Part shown: positions 51,148 to 61,980 of the stretch, piece by piece | How the letters are laid out: each line of letters begins with the position of its first letter | Position numbering within the stretch: position 1 is the stretch's first letter | DNA from: Octopus sinensis | Lineage: Eukaryota | Assembly (NCBI RefSeq): GCF_006345805.1 | Contig: NC_043016.1 | Span: 4,464,001-4,528,000 of the forward strand | Length of the DNA stretch: 64,000 nt | Direction: 5' to 3' | Made by a program: the position numbers and the translations under genes | Notes under the pieces: generated by a model | The model's database searches: none | What the model saw: only the letters and a program-made list of their open reading frames with translations | Told to the model about the DNA's origin: nothing

Positions 51148-51310
51148 CGACGGGCTTCTTTCAGTTTCCGTCTACCAAATCCACTCACAAGGTTTTGGTG
51201 GCCCGAGGCTATAGCAGAAGACACTTGCCCAAGATGCCACGCAGTGGGACTGAACCCGGAACCATGTGGTTGGTAAACAAGCTACTTACCACGCAGCCAC
51301 TCCTGCGCCT
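50848..51310 (-). mobile_element. Family B SINE, full length, young
   Basis: Nearly identical to 24026-24430 outside the internal microsatellite. Confidence 0.9.
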
Positions 51311-52140
51311 ATATATATATATACTATAATAATACTCTTGTGTTTTTCTCCGTCACAACATATGAATGAGAGAGGGAGGGGTTACAGATGAATAAGGAAG
51401 GAAGGGATGATGGCAAACTGGAAGTGGTATAGTAAGCATTCAAAAGAAAAATCAAACAGCGTTTCAACTCTGTGTGAGTATATGTGTGTATGTGTATGCG
51501 TGTACAAGGGATGTATGTGAATGTATGTGAACATTGATAAGTGTATTAATTTGATTTACCATCCATATTTATATATAAAATACAACAATTAGCCGTCATT
51601 TTTGAAGGTACGGGTCCAGCTAGTATAACTAATACTAAGCATTTAAGTTACTTAGCCAATTGCTAAAAGTCAAAATGTAACACCATAGCTACAGAACGGC
51701 AGCAATTGGTACCGGATAATTTTCGTTAAAATCTTATGTGTTGATTAGTTACACAATAGCAACATTATACAGCTGAAATATGTCAATGGTTACCGGAACG
51801 GTGAGCGATAATACAATATCTGAACCAATGTTTCTCAGCCTATTTTTGTTTCAAGCACGACATTGATATTCCAAAAAAAGGAATAAAGAAAAAATTAACT
51901 TGTACCACATTTTGTTTTCAGAATTATTATTTCGTTTGTGGTTTGACTTTGCTTTAATTTTATACACGTGGCACCAAAGTCAACCGGAGACGTCAAGGGA
52001 CAACAAGGTTTTGCATCTAAAGACGTTAACAGGTGTGGCACTGTACAGTTGAAAACACTGACGTCGGTCGGGGGTAAAAACAGAATGAGTAAGGTTGCCT
52101 TTATACATGGAGAGGAATTTACACAGAATATAACAATAAA

Positions 52141-52380
52141 AGGCGGCGAGCTGGCAGAATCGTTAGCACGACGGACGAAATGCTTAGCAGTATTTCGTCT
52201 GTCGCTACGTTCTGAGTTCAAATTCCGCCGAGGTCGACTTTGTCTTTCATCCTTTCGGGGTCGATAAATTAAGTACCAGTTTCGCACTGGGGTCAATGTA
52301 ATCGACTTAATCCGTTTGTCTCTCCTTGTTTGTCCCCTCTATGTTTAGCTCCTTATGGGCAATAAAGAAATATATATAAG
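52141..52380 (+). mobile_element. Family A SINE, full length, young, with TSD
   Basis: A-box-like tggcagaatcgtt and B-box-like gagttcaaattcc. Core ctttcatcctttcggggtcgataaattaagtaccag. TSD ataacaataa at 52130-52139 and 52381-52390. Confidence 0.92.
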
Positions 52381-52389
52381 ATAACAATA

Positions 52390-53640
52390 ACTATGATCTT
52401 TCTTTGCTTTTGTCGGTTGGGGTTGCAATATCAATTGGAAAAGTCTTTTCGATAATTTTTCACAATGGGATCTGACCAGTTTGCCTGTATCTCCCATGGA
52501 GAAGATCGACAGTATTAACACTGAAATTTCAAAAGATGGTAAACTCAGCGTGCTAATGGTTTGTGTTTTCAGCAATTATTTTTGTAAGAGAGGTTGTGTG
52601 TGCGTCATATTGACCAGTGTATGAACTGAGCTACCCTTTCATGCCTTTGCAAGTATTCTGCTGGTGCCAGTCTGTTACATCCAGAGATTATGTCGATCTT
52701 CTCCATGGGTGCTTTCTGCATACGTGGCAGGATGGGCTGCTTTTATATTCCAGGACATTTCTCTGCTACTTCCTAAATGGAAGATACTCGTCCTGAGTAA
52801 CCTCTCAGTTTCTGATTTGAGACCAGAGCATGACAACCACTGATGAGTAAGAATTTGATCTACACCTAGGTCGCTGATTCTACTCAGGTATTTGCCATGT
52901 TCCCATTTCTCCTGAATATATTGGAGGCTGGTTTGTTTGTCAATTATTTTTATTTGTTTTGCCTTGTCAGTTGGGGACACATTTCTTCAGGTACAAGATC
53001 GTCCGGCTGCATTTATTTTTGGTATCTTCCAGTTTCAGAACCAGATTTAACATCCAGTCGTTTGCTTCTTGAAGGTAGTCAGAAAGTTCCATAGATGTAC
53101 TTTCAATTGGAGTTGAGATTTTTTTAAACCACCGACCGCCTTCTTTTCTCGAGGGTTATATTCGGTCAGTATCGGCTATTGAATGGTGCATACGATACGT
53201 TGTCATCGGTTTTCATATTTTGACATCAACTTTGTTGATCTCAGAGAGGACAGGTGCCGTATTTGTTTACAGGCAAAGTCAATTTGTTAATAGCTTCAAT
53301 TTTGTTTCTGGCATTCAGCTCGGTCTTCAAAACCGCTCTTACTCTTCGGTTGAACTCTTCTTTATCTTTTCTCTCATTAGTGAGTGTTTAATACCATCTC
53401 TTTCACACACTCCTATATAATTATAAATGCCCTGAAATTCTAATTGCTTTATCCCCTTTTCTCTATTTAGAGTGATGTTGACAGGTTTCCCTTGGCAAAT
53501 GTAGCTTTGGCGCATTTATCGAGCCCAAATTCCATTTTGATGTCATCACTAAATTGTTTGATTGTGTCTAAGAATGCTTGCAGTTGTTGATAATTTATTT
53601 CAAACAGTTTCATGTCATCAGTATAGAGAAGAGATGATTA
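52390..53640 (-). mobile_element. R4/Dong remnant (RT end to RLE), heavily decayed
   Basis: Minus strand gives YTDDMKLF..MEFGLDKCAK, WEHGKY..HQWLSCSGLKSETE and IDIATPTD. Confidence 0.8.
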
Positions 53641-53744
53641 ACTGTCCAAGTGTTTACTTGTTAACATGCAAATCAAAGTGCACAAACACACAGAGAAGGA
53701 GATACATGTACAGGCAAGCACATTCATACTTCTGTACATACATA

Positions 53745-53794
53745 GATGCATACGTACATACATACATATATACATACATACATACATAAATACA

Positions 53795-53826
<32 letters not shown>

Positions 53827-54251
53827 CATACATACATACATACATACATACATGCATGCATACGTACATACATACATACATGCATGCATACATACATACA
53901 TACATACATACATACATACATACATACATGCATGCATACATGCATACATGCATACATGCATACATGCATACACACATACATACATACATGCATACATACA
54001 TACATGCATGCATGCATACATACATACATACATACATGCATGCATGCATGCATGCATTCATGCATAAATACATACATACATACATACATACATACATACA
54101 TACATGCATGCATACATACATACATACATACATACATACATACATGCATACATACATACATGCATACATACATGCGTACATGCATACATACATACATACA
54201 TACATGCATACATACATACATACATACATGCATGCATACATACATACATAC

Positions 54252-54282
<31 letters not shown>

Positions 54283-56100
54283 CATGCATGCATACATACA
54301 TACGTACATACACACACACATACATACATACATGCATACATACATACATGCATACATACATACATGCATACATACATACATAAATACACACATAAATACA
54401 TACATATATACATACATATATATATACATATATACAAACATACATACATACATACATACATACATACATACGTGCATACATACATAAATACATACATACA
54501 CACACACACATACATACATACATACATACATACATACATACATACATACATACATACATACATACATACATACATACATAAATACATACATGGTGGCTGC
54601 CCCCTCGTTATCATGTATGGCCATTGCACGAAGCTTAATCAATGTTGTTATCATGCAATGCCTGAAGATTTTTTTTAAAGTGAGGTAAGGCTGTGCACTG
54701 AGTCAATCCCACTCACTAAGCAACAGCAGCCATAATCTGAAAAGAAGAACAAGTCAACATCATCGGTAACCACTGAGCCGCAGGTTTTATGTCGGAGTTA
54801 TCCCAGTTACCTGAGTTACCTTCTCCTAGAAGGATGCCCTAACAAGGGCCAGGAGTCCTTCACTCCCAATGGTTTAACCGCGCGATCGGGTATTCAGTCC
54901 GATTATTTCTATGTCTCCGTGCATGATACAGCCTTAAGCCTTAAGAAAAAAAAATACACATTTATTGGATGGCCGTTGACTCTCAAGAGTTCCTCCGCCC
55001 TTTGACGGGTTTTGTTTTTCATCCCGCAGGGTGTCCAATAAACACCCTCCTCACCAAGCAAGCTTATTGGGGTTGCCGGTTTAGTCGCCGACTGCCCGAC
55101 CATGCAACAGGTTGTACTGGGTTACATGTTACCAGTAGCACTCAAAAGTGACCTCACATATACATACATACATACATACATACATACATACATACATACA
55201 TACATACATACATACATACATGCATACATGCATACATACATACATACATACATACATACATACATACATACATGCATACATACACACATACATACATACA
55301 TACATACGTATATACATACACACATACATACATGCATACATACATACATACATACATACATACATACATACATACATACATACATACATACATGCATACA
55401 TGCATACATACATACATACATACATACATACATACATACATACATGCATACATGCATACATACACACATACATACATACATACATACGTATATACATACA
55501 CACATACATACATGCATACATACATACATACATACATGCATACATGCATACATATATATATATACATACATACATACATATTTACATACATACATACATA
55601 TACATACAAACATACATACATACGTATATACATACATACATGCATACATACATATATGCATGCATACATATATACATACATACATACATATATACATACA
55701 CATACATACAAACATACATACATATGTACATACATGTATACATACATATATGCATGCATACATACATACATACATACATACATACATACATACATACATA
55801 CATACATACATACATGCATACATATATACATACATATATATATACATACATACACATATATACAAACATACATACATGCGTATATACATACATACATACA
55901 TACATACATACATACATACATGCATGCATGCATACATACATACATACATACATACATGCATACATACATACTTACATACATACATACAGTCATACTTACG
56001 TATACAAACATACACAAATGCGCAGGCACGTATGTCTGTACGCACGTATACGCATGTGTATATGCATGTACGTACACATAAACACATACATGCAACTACA
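53745..56100. repeat. About 2.3-kb (TACA)n satellite-like tract interrupted at 54591-55155
   Basis: Directly visible. Confidence 0.97.
54591..55155 (-). mobile_element. About 565-bp non-coding element embedded in (TACA)n; resembles an RTE 5' UTR-derived non-autonomous element (family Y)
   Basis: Complex GC-richer block with sharp boundaries inside the microsatellite. The segment ccttctcctagaaggatgccctaacaaggg resembles RTE 5' UTRs, from recall and not verified. Confidence 0.5.
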
Positions 56101-56486
56101 CATAGACGATGAATATATATATGCACACACATACACAGAGAAAGGAAGAGAGAGAGAGAGGGGGAGAGATAGATAGAAAGAGAGACGGAGAAAAGAATGG
56201 TAAAATGCTTTGCAACACACAATAATCTCATCTGAAGAATTTGTAGAAATGGAAGGGAAGTGCATGAAAATGGAAAATTTGAAGCATTAGTTTATACGAT
56301 ATTTCATTTTTGGATTTGGTTTGCAAGATTCTTTATATGAGTTCGTGTGTTGAAGCATATTCTGTTGTGTCTGGGGAGAGTCATTTTCTTTTTGTGCCTT
56401 ATTATTTAACACACTCAACGGTAAAATTTCTACTTATTTCTTATTTTTATTTTCCTAAAATTTTCGTTGCGTCTTGCAAACCTTTT

Positions 56487-56526
<40 letters not shown>

Positions 56527-56690
56527 GTTGTATACTGTCAATCTAACGTGAACGTGACAGTAGGGGGTTACACCACCGCTGTTTAGCCCTTGGAAGCATC
56601 GACGCTTCCTGATGGCTTTGACACATTATTCCTGTGTCCTTCTATACATTTACGAAGGGGAGACAAACACCCCCAGTAGCCAGGCCTGCA

Positions 56691-56737
56691 TCTAGAGACA
56701 CGCATGTTTCAGGATCATTGTCCTTCATCGGTCTAGA
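56691..56737 (-). ncRNA. Type I hammerhead ribozyme (U4C core variant)
   Basis: Minus strand reads tctaga-CCGATGA-AGGA(caatga)TCCT-GAAA-CA(tgcg)TG-TC-tctaga. All three stems pair perfectly and the triplet is GUC. Confidence 0.82.
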
Positions 56738-57030
56738 GTAGCAGACGCCCGTCAGCCGCGAATATCTGTCCCGGTCCGCAAATGTATATATCTAATTTTC
56801 AGTGAAGTCAAAAATTGGAATTATATATTATCGAATGTGTGTCTACAGTAGAACTTAGTAATATTTTATTTTAAGGGAGATAATATGATGAATATATCGG
56901 AAATATTTTACAATCGGAAAGATGGTTTCCTTAGCATTCATAGTCATTACCACACACCCACTCACACACGCGTGCACGCACACAGACACACACACACACA
57001 CACACACACAGACACACACACAGATACACA

Positions 57031-57097
<67 letters not shown>

Positions 57098-57787
57098 CTG
57101 CTTTGATAATGGTATTTAAAGTCTTCTGGGTGATGTTTTCCATACAAAATACAGATGCGATAGAGTCTCACATATGAAACAAAAGCCAGTTTAAAATGCC
57201 CTAAGACCAAAGATTACTCATACAGCAAATAGTCAATGAAACACTAAAGGATTGTTTTGAATGTTTAAAATTGTGAACGCTTCCTGAGAAGGTACAGAAA
57301 AAAGCCAGGGCGGGGCATGAAATGTAGACTGAACTATGAGCTGTAGTAGTTCCTCATTTAACCTACTCTGCAGTAGAGTGAGATGTTGAGAGCTAAGTAT
57401 TTGATAAGAAGACCCGATAGCTCTCGTCATGCGATTACTTAATTGAATAACAATTGATTCTTCAATTAAGTAATCTAACTTTTATGAAGACTTGTAACCG
57501 TATATCGTTTGTAATGTTAATAAAGTCGAACCTGAAGAAGCAATTGACAAAATCACCATGACTTTAATATAATAATGTTTAACGATAAAATTAAACATAA
57601 TCAAACTTGTGAATAAAATTTTAGGCCCCTTTCATCCGTTTTATCCAAATATTATAAATTATAATGATCTGAATTTCGGAGATGTTATATTTGGATTCCT
57701 GGTGAAGAGTATCATTCTTCATAATTCACATAAATCGTATGTCATTATGCGTGAACTGTGCTGAAATTGCTAGGCAAAAGGAAATAT

Positions 57788-57911
57788 ATCAGAAATATTA
57801 AATTTCTAAATATCTCATAGAGATATGTGCGGTGGTGGAGCGATCAACCACTCTATCGCTCCACCACCTCACATATCTCTATGAGATATTTAGAAATTTA
57901 ATATTTCTGAT
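57788..57911. repeat. 57-bp-arm foldback palindrome with a 10-nt loop
   Basis: 57788-57844 is the reverse complement of 57855-57911 with one mismatch. Confidence 0.97.
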
Positions 57912-58001
57912 TTTGGTGATCAGTGAATAAACTTCACTGAAAATACATATATATATTTACGAAGTCTAGACAAATATCTTCAGCTAGCAGGCCTTGTTCA
58001 C

Positions 58002-58047
58002 TCTACACTGATGATGGGCAAGACCCAGAAACATGCCTGTCTCCAGA
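58002..58047 (+). ncRNA. Type I hammerhead ribozyme (intact core, eroded stem I)
   Basis: tctaca-CTGATGA-TGGG(caaga)CCCA-GAAA-CA(tgcc)TG-TC-tccaga. Predicted cleavage after 58041. Confidence 0.82.
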
Positions 58048-58625
58048 TGCAGGCCTAGCTGTTGGGGGTGTTTGTCTCCCCTTCGTAAATATATAAGGAG
58101 ACAGGAAATGTGTCAAGGCCGACAGGAAGCGTCGATGCTTCCTAGGGCTAAATAGCGGTGGTGTAATTCCCTTTACGGGACTGTCACGTTAAGTTGACAG
58201 TATACAACCAGAAAATATATCATGTTGGGCTAATATGGATAAAAACCCCTTCCTTAACTACACGCTCGCTCATACATACATCGCTCTCTACGATATCCTC
58301 GGAAGAAAGCTACACGACTAATCTGAATTAAGTCCTTCTCAAACCCAATCTATTCTTTGCTTATCACTGACTCCTCTCTCTCTTCCTCACGCTACTACAT
58401 TTGTCTCTACTCTTTGGTACTAGTTGGTACGGTGTCACCACAATTCAGACACTCCCCACTCGCCCATCTCTCCTCCTATTGCTTTCCATATTCGTAATTA
58501 CCTCAGACATTTCTCAGAAATCAGCTATCTGGAATTTCCAATTCGTTGCTCCTGTTTTTACTATAAACATCAAATGTTGACGAGAAACGGAAACGGTTTT
58601 GCATGTCGAAATTTATATATAAAGA

Positions 58626-59137
58626 CCTGCAGTATCGCCCGGCGTTGCTCGGGTTTGTAAGGGAAATAACTATATAAGCATTTTTAGAGACTTACTTCCC
58701 TTATAGATGCCAATTCGGGCTTTCTTAGCCATTTCTGTTTTGGTGTCTTCAAGCCATGAAGTCGTTGTTCTAAAAGAACGCTGGTCTCCTTGACAACGCT
58801 TTACGACGTTGATTTCCTTACACTCCCTTCCCCACAGCTTCACGAGGGAGGGAAGAAGGGGGAGAAGCAAACAGGTGCAGGTGTGACCGTGGACGCCAAC
58901 TCCGCCGCCATCGATACACGAAAAATTATGCATTAAAATGGAATAAAAATGATGTTAAATTATTTTAAAAATCGTAGACTCATCGTAGACGCGCGCTAAT
59001 AGCCAGACGGGCTCGATATGAATCACGACTATAAGATACCCGAATTTGGTTAAACTGCACCGCAAAATGTGGGAGGAGTTAGGAATCTAAATCGAAGGGG
59101 ACAGACACTCACACAACTACAGTTTTATATATATAGA
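58626..59137 (-). mobile_element. Non-autonomous Helitron, same family as 11346-11725
   Basis: 5' a|TC at 59137. The same cccgagcaacgccggg hairpin. 3' end reads CAGG|t (mutated CTAG). Confidence 0.82.
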
Positions 59138-59767
59138 TATCCAAAACTGTTGTCAAGGCAAAGTTACCGAGGAGGACAACATATATTTCTTCAAATTGTG
59201 CTATAACCCAGGTATTCTTGATTTTTCTCTGAATATCTGACTGAAATAAACTTTTATCCTTTTTCAAACGTTGACATTCTCATATATTCATCCATAAACT
59301 CTTTATAAAAAGATCTTTTTTTATCCGAGATTTTCTAAATTAAAATTAAATATTAACTAATAAAGATGATTCTGAATTTCTCACCCATTCCAGAAAAGTC
59401 ATCTGACTAACGAAAATGGACTCAATAATTTGTTTGGGTTCTGGACAAACTAAGAAGACTTTGTAATTTTATCTACATTGTGATGGCTGTTCAGATGGAA
59501 TCAAGATTTTTGTGGAATCGGTAAGAAACAGTCCACGTTTCATTGACATACAGTGAAGTTGGCTGAGAAACACATCTTCCTATTTTCATTGGCGACTGGG
59601 GCCCCTCCCTTTCCCCACACCGTTATTTTAAGTATAGTAAAGACGTTCCTGGTTCTGCTAATTTTGCTGTTACCTTCAACGCCAATCAGTATAATTCTTC
59701 AGAAGTTGATACCAATTTGTATGACCCTTTCAACTGTTTGTATATTTTGGTCATTATTAGTCCGTGT

Positions 59768-59975
59768 TAAGGCGGTGAGCTGGTGGAATCATTAGCATAT
59801 CGGGCAATTTGTTCATCTTTACGTTCTGAGTTCAAATTCCGCTGAAGTCGACTTTGCCATTTCATCCTTTCAGAGTTGATAAATTAAGTACCAGTGAAAC
59901 ACTGGGGTCGATGTGCTAGATTAGCCCCTCCCTCCAGATTTCAGGCGTTGTGCCTTTAGTAGAAAGGAGTATTAA
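59768..59975 (+). mobile_element. Family A SINE
   Basis: Contains aaggcggtgagctgg, gagttcaaattccg and the tail ttgtgcctttagtagaaagga. Confidence 0.82.
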
Positions 59976-60656
59976 CCTGTGTTTGCAGGCCTCACCCACA
60001 CTATACTATTTTTTTTTTTGTGCTAGTGGTAAACTGAACTTTGTCGAAGACAGAAGTAAACATGTCCATACATTGCTACATGAATAAATTTACTTCAAAC
60101 TGTGAATCAAGCAAAATGATTAATTTCTTTCGCGTTGGAAGTATATATCACCTTCTAATACAGGTAAATGGAATTGTATCTTCGCTAATAATCGTCTTCC
60201 CGCAGGGCTTCAGGAGACAACAGAATCCAGGAATTAAGATGGCGCATCGAAAGAACACCTAGTACTCGTGCTTTCCTTAAGTCAAGAAAATAATTACACA
60301 TAAAATTCTAGGTAGATTCAAATAACTAAACTTTTCTTTGGAACTGGAATATTGGTGCTGAAAGATTTTCATATATAATTAAATATTTTCAAGAAATAAT
60401 AGATGTACAGCACAGCGTGTAATAGAAAACGTGCGATATATTAAATTAGCAAGGATGCAGTTTTTAAACCATTTATTAGAAGTTTCACATCCTCCAAATT
60501 ATCTTTTATTTTCTTTGTACATTGAAAGATATTTATTCATCTGTGTTCAGAAACAATAACATTACGCATTCAGATTTGTTTATTTTTCCACAGCGAACGC
60601 CAGTTAAACTGCCATTTAACTAATTCAAATGTTTTTTTATATATACTTTTTATTTT

Positions 60657-60860
60657 AAGGCGATGAGCTGGCAGAATCGTTAGCATGCTGAACAAAATGC
60701 TTAGCAGTATTTTCTCTGTCTTTATGTTCTGAGTTCAAATTCCGCCAAGATCGATTTTATCTTTCATCCTTTCGGGGTCCATAAAATAAGTGCCAGTTGA
60801 GCATTGAGTTTGATGTAATGAACTTATCCTGTCCCCACAAATTACTGGCCTTTGGTGTGA
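60657..60860 (+). mobile_element. Family A SINE
   Basis: Contains aaggcgatgagctggcagaatcgttagca, gagttcaaattccgcc and ctttcatcctttcggggtc. Confidence 0.82.
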
Positions 60861-61388
60861 GTGTTAGCATCTAGAGATAATACTGCCTCTCACTTTTGTG
60901 AGTTCAAGTACTGCCAAAACAAAACATCGAGACGTGGAGAAAAAGAACTCAATGCCTTAACCAGTTGACTTCTATGTTTCCATGCTGAGGATTGTAGATA
61001 ACATCCACAGTTATTATCAATTTGCCTGTTTTAATAAGACAATTATTAATTTCCCTGTTCGGAATAAGACAATTAGGAATATGGATGAGGGGAATGTAGG
61101 ATCTTTTTTCCTTTCTTTTCTTCCAGCCGATCGTATTTTCTTAAATTTTAATCTGAAATTTTTTTTAAAAACGTCTTTTTATGTAGTTTTACTTGCTGCT
61201 GACGAAAATCGCATTCATTTGTTTTTTCGAAAAATTAATTTTTAAAAAATAGAAGTTAGAAGTATTGAAAGTTACATGTTTTTAGCCATTGAATTTTAAC
61301 CAATGTTTGTTGTCATGGCAACTGCAGTGTATCATTTGTTTATCCAGATTGGTGTGGGTGAGAGAATTGACAACTTCTAGATATTTAT

Positions 61389-61980
61389 GAGGAATTAGGG
61401 ATCTGTATCGCTACTGTAGTAGACTATGGAAATTATTTACGTGAGATTTGCACAAAAGATTTGCTCGGCATTCCAGTGAAGATTGGTAGTTCTGGTAGAA
61501 TTGTTGAAGCAAACCAAACTGTATTTTCGAGAAGAAAATACAACAACCGGGGTTCGGATCCTACGCGAATGTGGGTCTGGGTTTTCGCCAGTGTATGTCG
61601 CGAAACATGAGAAATTTCTTTTTTTTCCTTTTCGGTGTGTCCTCTTGTGATTGTGACACAGTCGAAGGTTGCTTTCGACATTCAATTCTGCCGGGAACAA
61701 TTATTCAGTGACATGTGGCATACATACTCGCATTTTCCTGAGATACCAAGCTAACGCTTTCACCATAGAATGATGAAGTGCAGCATTAACTTTGTAAACT
61801 CGCAAGACAGGATCCAAACCCAGCAAGCAGCAGAAAGAATTTGGGCCTGTCTCAAGCGAGGGAATAAATGGCACTGTTACACTCATCATTCTGCAGTGGA
61901 CCCGTATCCTTACGAGTTTATGTGGCGCCGCATGTAGAAAACATGCGAACTCTTCGAAAAAATATTGTTTTATTTCTTCA
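61389..61980 (+). pseudogene. Merlin-superfamily (IS1595/ISXO2-like DDE) transposase pseudogene
   Basis: From 61389 the frame reads EELGICIATVVDYGNYLREIC..VKIGSSGRIVEANQTVFSRRKYNNRG..WVWVFASVCRET*. Frameshifted segments follow: PGTII-SDMW, NFVN, ERIWACLKR and YEFMWRR. The motif order matches ISXO2-like transposases. Confidence 0.82.

Larger units (their letters stand above)
56525..58210. mobile_element. Penelope-like insertion with about 280-bp inverted terminal repeats, each carrying a hammerhead
   Basis: 56525-56808 is the diverged reverse complement of 57931-58210 (ggttgtatactgtcaa / ttgacagtatacaacc and ttttcagtgaagt / acttcactgaaaa). Confidence 0.8.

Noticed and set aside
52141-52235. 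tRNA-like A/B boxes as a tRNA gene (also the heads of SINE families B and C)
   Set aside because: There is no full cloverleaf, and the heads continue into SINE cores and tails repeated many times in the window.
51968-52296. ORFs of 99 aa (+) and 133 aa (-)
   Set aside because: Both run through the family A SINE, and the remainder has no recognisable motif.
53610-53635. CTGATGA on the minus strand as a hammerhead core
   Set aside because: It is the YTDDMKLF catalytic motif region of the decayed R4/Dong RT. There is no stem II/GAAA arrangement.
60130-60290. GC-richer island with an acceptor-like ttcccgcag and short open frames
   Set aside because: No recognisable peptide in any frame and no convincing donor. 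Insufficient support for an exon.
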